DNA of 38,133 nucleotides from Jimgerdemannia flammicorona (Eukaryota): NCBI GenBank assembly GCA_003990765.1, contig RBNJ01000169.1, positions 1 to 38,133 of the forward strand, read 5' to 3'. Shown piece by piece: positions 34,490 to 38,133 of this stretch (position 1 is its first letter; each line of letters starts with the position of its first letter). The notes under the pieces were generated by a model. It saw only the letters and a program-made list of their open reading frames with translations, ran no database searches and was not told where the DNA came from. The position numbers and the translations under genes were made by a program.

Positions 34490-36151
34490 CGTAGAGCGCA
34501 AAATCTTATGTATGACACATTTATAATCTTACACACGAACATTGCGGTATGCTATCCACGAATCCGTATTGGACTTCCTCAAAGCCCAGGAAAGCAGCTA
34601 AGAACACTCGGCCTGATGTCGAAGGACGTTAATCCGGCCTCACCAATTGGCATAAAAACAAAATGATGGGTAGACAGACCATATGGATGGATCGTAATCC
34701 ATCTATTGCACGAAAAAAATCATCTTCATGCATATATTCTGCGGGATATATGTAGTGTACTAAAAAAAGGGGCAAGAAAAAAAAAAAAAAATGCTCACCA
34801 GAAAGAGAGAATAACGTTTCAGTTCCACCCAATTACACACTCACCACATGTCATGTGTAGTTACACTTCACTCATTTTTCAAAATCTTGCGCCACTCGCG
34901 AAAATACAAACTCAGCTTTCGACCGCACTACATCCAACCCCGGCTCCTCATGACTAATGCCATCTCCATCAGACATATACACAGCCCGCACGCGCGCGCA
35001 TTGTTGTCGTTTGGGGGCTGGCTGATGGATTGGGCCTGGTCCTCGGTGGTAAGGGTAGGGCGTGCAATTTTCGATAAAAGGTGCGCGTGTTTGATGTCAA
35101 GTGTGCTAAAAAATGGACATTTTATATTTGGGCATTGGAGGCGGTGCAGCCTGCTCTAAATGTTGTCACTTTGTTAAGAAAATTAACTGCGGCGCAGATA
35201 GTCATTCCATGGAACGGAAAATCCCGTCAAGAAACTGGTTACGATCCATCACTTGGTTACGCCACTGTTTAAGTTTAAGATGGAGCACACCAAAATATTC
35301 TTTGAAAGTAGGTCCCATAACTTTACAAATATCTGGCTTGCTTCACCCATTCACCCAGAAGGTACGTAATCCATCGGATCGGATTTGTCTAGCATATTGA
35401 GTTCGAGTTCATCCTAGTAAATCAATTGATTTCAATGAAGAACATTTTTATTCTGATAAGTGGCCTCTGCTACGTCTTGACATTATGCTAAAATGCGCAG
35501 TTACTGCGGGGAACTGACACCCGGAAATTCCTACCGAAAATGACCAGTGTTTACCACTCGTTGACAAATATTTGGCTCTTAAAAACTTGCGCAGCTCCAA
35601 ACTACATGTGATTAGGATCCTGATTCCTTTAAGAATCTTGTGAGCTCATCCATTTAAGATCCATCGACTTTAACACTATGGAGAAAAATTCAGAATATAT
35701 TATAAAATCATGTTGTATACATGATATACTTGATGTACACACGTACTTAATGTATGGCGCAGGTACAGTGCCAAAATCGGCTAATCTTGTGTCCTATTAT
35801 AGAATAACAGTCAAAATGAATGTGGCGGACCATCGTGAGGATCGGACCATCATGAGCAAAATCCAAATTCGGATAGGGAGGTTTAGCACCAATCCGCGTC
35901 ATCCAACGCGTCATCAGTTCTTATCAGTTCTTTAAGTTCTTTATTGAATCAATGAAAATGACAAAATTGGCGCTTGAAATTCGAAATTCACTAAATTCGA
36001 ATATAAGCGAGCTATTGAAACTGTGAAGGAGTGTAGTTTTCCCAGCGAATATCCACCAATGGGGTGCGAGAGGTGGATTGTTGAGATTGTTGACTGTAAT
36101 GTTTACGGATGAAGGGTGCCTCATTTTCATCAGAATTGGATTTTGAGAGCA

Positions 36152-36473
36152 ATGAAGGCTGTGGCGAGGGCTGCGACGAAGGCTGTGGCAAGGCCTGTGA
36201 TGGCAAGACCTGTGACGAAGGCTGCGGCGAGGGCTGCAATGAGGGCTGCGATGAGGGCTGCGAGGGCTGCGAGGGCTGCGATGAGGGCTGCGAGGGCTGC
36301 GAGGGCGGTGAGGGCTGTGAGGGCTGCGAGGGCTGCGAGGGCTGCGAGGGCTGCGAGGGCTTTGAGGGCTTCAAGAGCTTCGAGGGCTGCGAGGGCTGCG
36401 AGGGCTGTGAGGGCTGCGATGAGGGCTGTGACGAGGGCTGCTGCGACAAGGGCTGCGACGAGGGCTGCGATGA
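36152..36473. repeat. 9/12-bp GC-rich tandem repeat encoding (PSQ/PSSQ)n in the integrase tail
   Basis: (gagggctgc)n and gatgagggctgc variants. Confidence 0.9.
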
Positions 36474-36738
36474 GATAGGCTTGATTTTGTTGCGTTCGAC
36501 CTTATACCTTACTCCAGAATCATTCTCCACTTCGATAGTACGATTGTTGGCACAGTGTCTAATGACCTTAGCAGTATCTTTAAATGCAAACTCCAACTTG
36601 TACTTCTTTGTCTTGGTATTTGTGTCACGGTCTGGGCAGATAACAACAGTAGATCCAATTGGTATATAGTGCTTGTTATTGATCCGATGTACGCTTTGCT
36701 TCAAGTTCTAGAAAGTTAGAGAGAGGGACTGATCAGGC

Positions 36739-36850
36739 ATCGAAATGTGGTTCAATCTCGAAATGCGGTTCAATCTTGAAATATGGTTCAATCTCGAAAT
36801 GCAGTTCGAAATACGGTTCAATATCGAAATGTAGTTCAATATCGAAATGT
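36739..36850. repeat. About 18-bp intronic minisatellite, about 6 copies
   Basis: Unit approximately ggttcaatctcgaaatgc in intron 3 of the integrase gene. Confidence 0.85.
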
Positions 36851-38133
36851 ATAATATCTTACCTTTTTCTCGCGATAATGATCTAAAGCTGTATTGGCAG
36901 TTTTCCACACTTCCGAAATAGATTTGAATTGAAGTTCGATAGTCGCAATAGTTGACTCTGCTAGGGATTCGTCATCAAGTTCAACTTCATTATTATTCAA
37001 GGTTGGGTTATAGCTTTGAAATACACCTTTTGGTTTTCGGCCGAAAAAAACCTCAAAAGGGATCATTCCATGGGCAGAATGAATGCGAGTATTGTATTCA
37101 ATAAGTGTTGGATGAAGAACACTAATCCATTCGACCTTTTGTTCTTTCTTGTCTTCATCCCAGAGCGCCTTTGTAAGAGTACGTCCTATAGTTTGATTGA
37201 GTCGTTCAACTTGACCTTGGCTCTGAGGATGGTGAGGACGACTATGTCTGATGTTGATCTATAACAGAATGTAAATATATTTCGAAAATAAGATTTCAAA
37301 GATTACAATTTCGAAATTTGAACTGAATTGAACTGTACTTACATGGAGCATTTTATACAATGGCTCGATCACACCCTGAGTAAATTCCTTGTCATTATCA
37401 GATTGAAGGATTCCGGGAGTACCAATAATTGCAAATAGTTGCAATAGTGCATTGCTGATGCCCACTTGGTCCTTGTTAAACAATGGAATCATCCACAAAT
37501 GCTTTGAAAAGATGTCGATGATAGTCAAAATCCAACAGTAGCCATTGTTTTCAGCCTCAAACTTGCTCATGTCAATCAGATCCATCTGAAGATGTTCCAT
37601 AGGCGCTCGGGCTATGACCGGAGTAAAGTCATTGCCTTCCTTGATGTTGAAGCTTGACCGTGTACAATTGGGACAATTTTGGACGTACTCAGCTACCTCG
37701 GCCCGTAGAATACCTGAGTTCAATTTCAAAATCAGTACCTACATACATCAATTTCGAAATTGATAACTTCATCATTTTTAAAAATTAACATACCCGCATG
37801 CATCTCACAAATCATAGCAAAAGTTTTGTGATAATCGCCATGGCCTGCCTTTATGTGAAATTCAGCTAGGGTTTTTGCACGTCTCTCCTTTTGAAAGTTG
37901 GGTATTAAAAGCTTAGTTGAGGAGGATTTCAGAAATAGTGCATCTTTGTTAGAATCTTCAGGGTCGCACTTCACAATAAATTGGCTGCATCGTCTATGAA
38001 AATTGGAATGGTTTTTAGAAGATGGAAATTTCTTAGTTTTTAAATAAGAAACTATCTCATTCCATTCCTCTTCAGTCTTAACTTGAACAGAGGCTACCAT
38101 TGTTGAGAAAGGTTGGGGGGACTATAAAAAAAA

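Larger units (their letters stand above)
36012..38100 (-). mobile_element. Intron-containing retroviral-like DDE integrase/transposase gene, Ginger-like DNA transposon (element ends not defined)
   Basis: Exons 38100-37794, 37713-37343, 37258-36863 and 36707-36012 in frame. H2C2 zinc motif FHIKAGH..YVQNCPNC; core LQMDLID, IDIFSKHLW, LQSDNDKEF, HPQSQGQVERLNQTI, YNTRIHSAHGMIPFEVFFGR. No RT or RNase H adjacent. Confidence 0.8.

Noticed and set aside
35200..35950. Further minus-strand coding remnants or the terminal repeat of the Ginger-like element
   Set aside because: Frames contain several stops, and the partner TIR would lie outside the window, so nothing can be verified.
36109..36669. Plus-strand (CEG)n metallothionein-like ORF and Ala/Arg-rich ORF
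   Set aside because: Shadow frames of the 9-bp repeat; the minus-strand PSQ frame is continuous with the spliced integrase.

Overview
Eukaryotic, intron-rich fungal DNA. An early-diverging fungus (Mucoromycota-like) is inferred from a Crinkler-type domain, a Kelch-TM surface protein and long homopolymer intron tracts; the taxon is not proven. The window has three parts. (1) 1-5050: a spliced Kelch/TM gene, small hairpin elements and degenerate gene remnants. (2) About 5050-22870: a very AT-rich, almost CpG-free island of nested transposons with heavy C>T/G>A decay. It holds two chromodomain Ty3/gypsy elements, an inverted solo LTR and four MITEs, is bracketed by a long inverted duplication, and contains two GC-normal later insertions: a TSD-flanked, poly(A)-tailed retrocopy of a secreted His/Cys/Asp-repeat protein and a 2.4-kb TG..CA element with its own ORF. 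(3) 22870-38133: an NFX1-zinc-finger fragment, a predicted 7-exon chimeric gene joining a Crinkler (CRN) N-terminal domain in frame to the MIF4G and MA3 domains of eIF4G (the most striking item), a duplicated type-I membrane protein gene (one intact copy, one pseudogene), an intronless 'MGTRG' gene, a tiny LINE-type insertion and an intron-containing Ginger-like integrase. All gene models were read by eye; no database searches were run.
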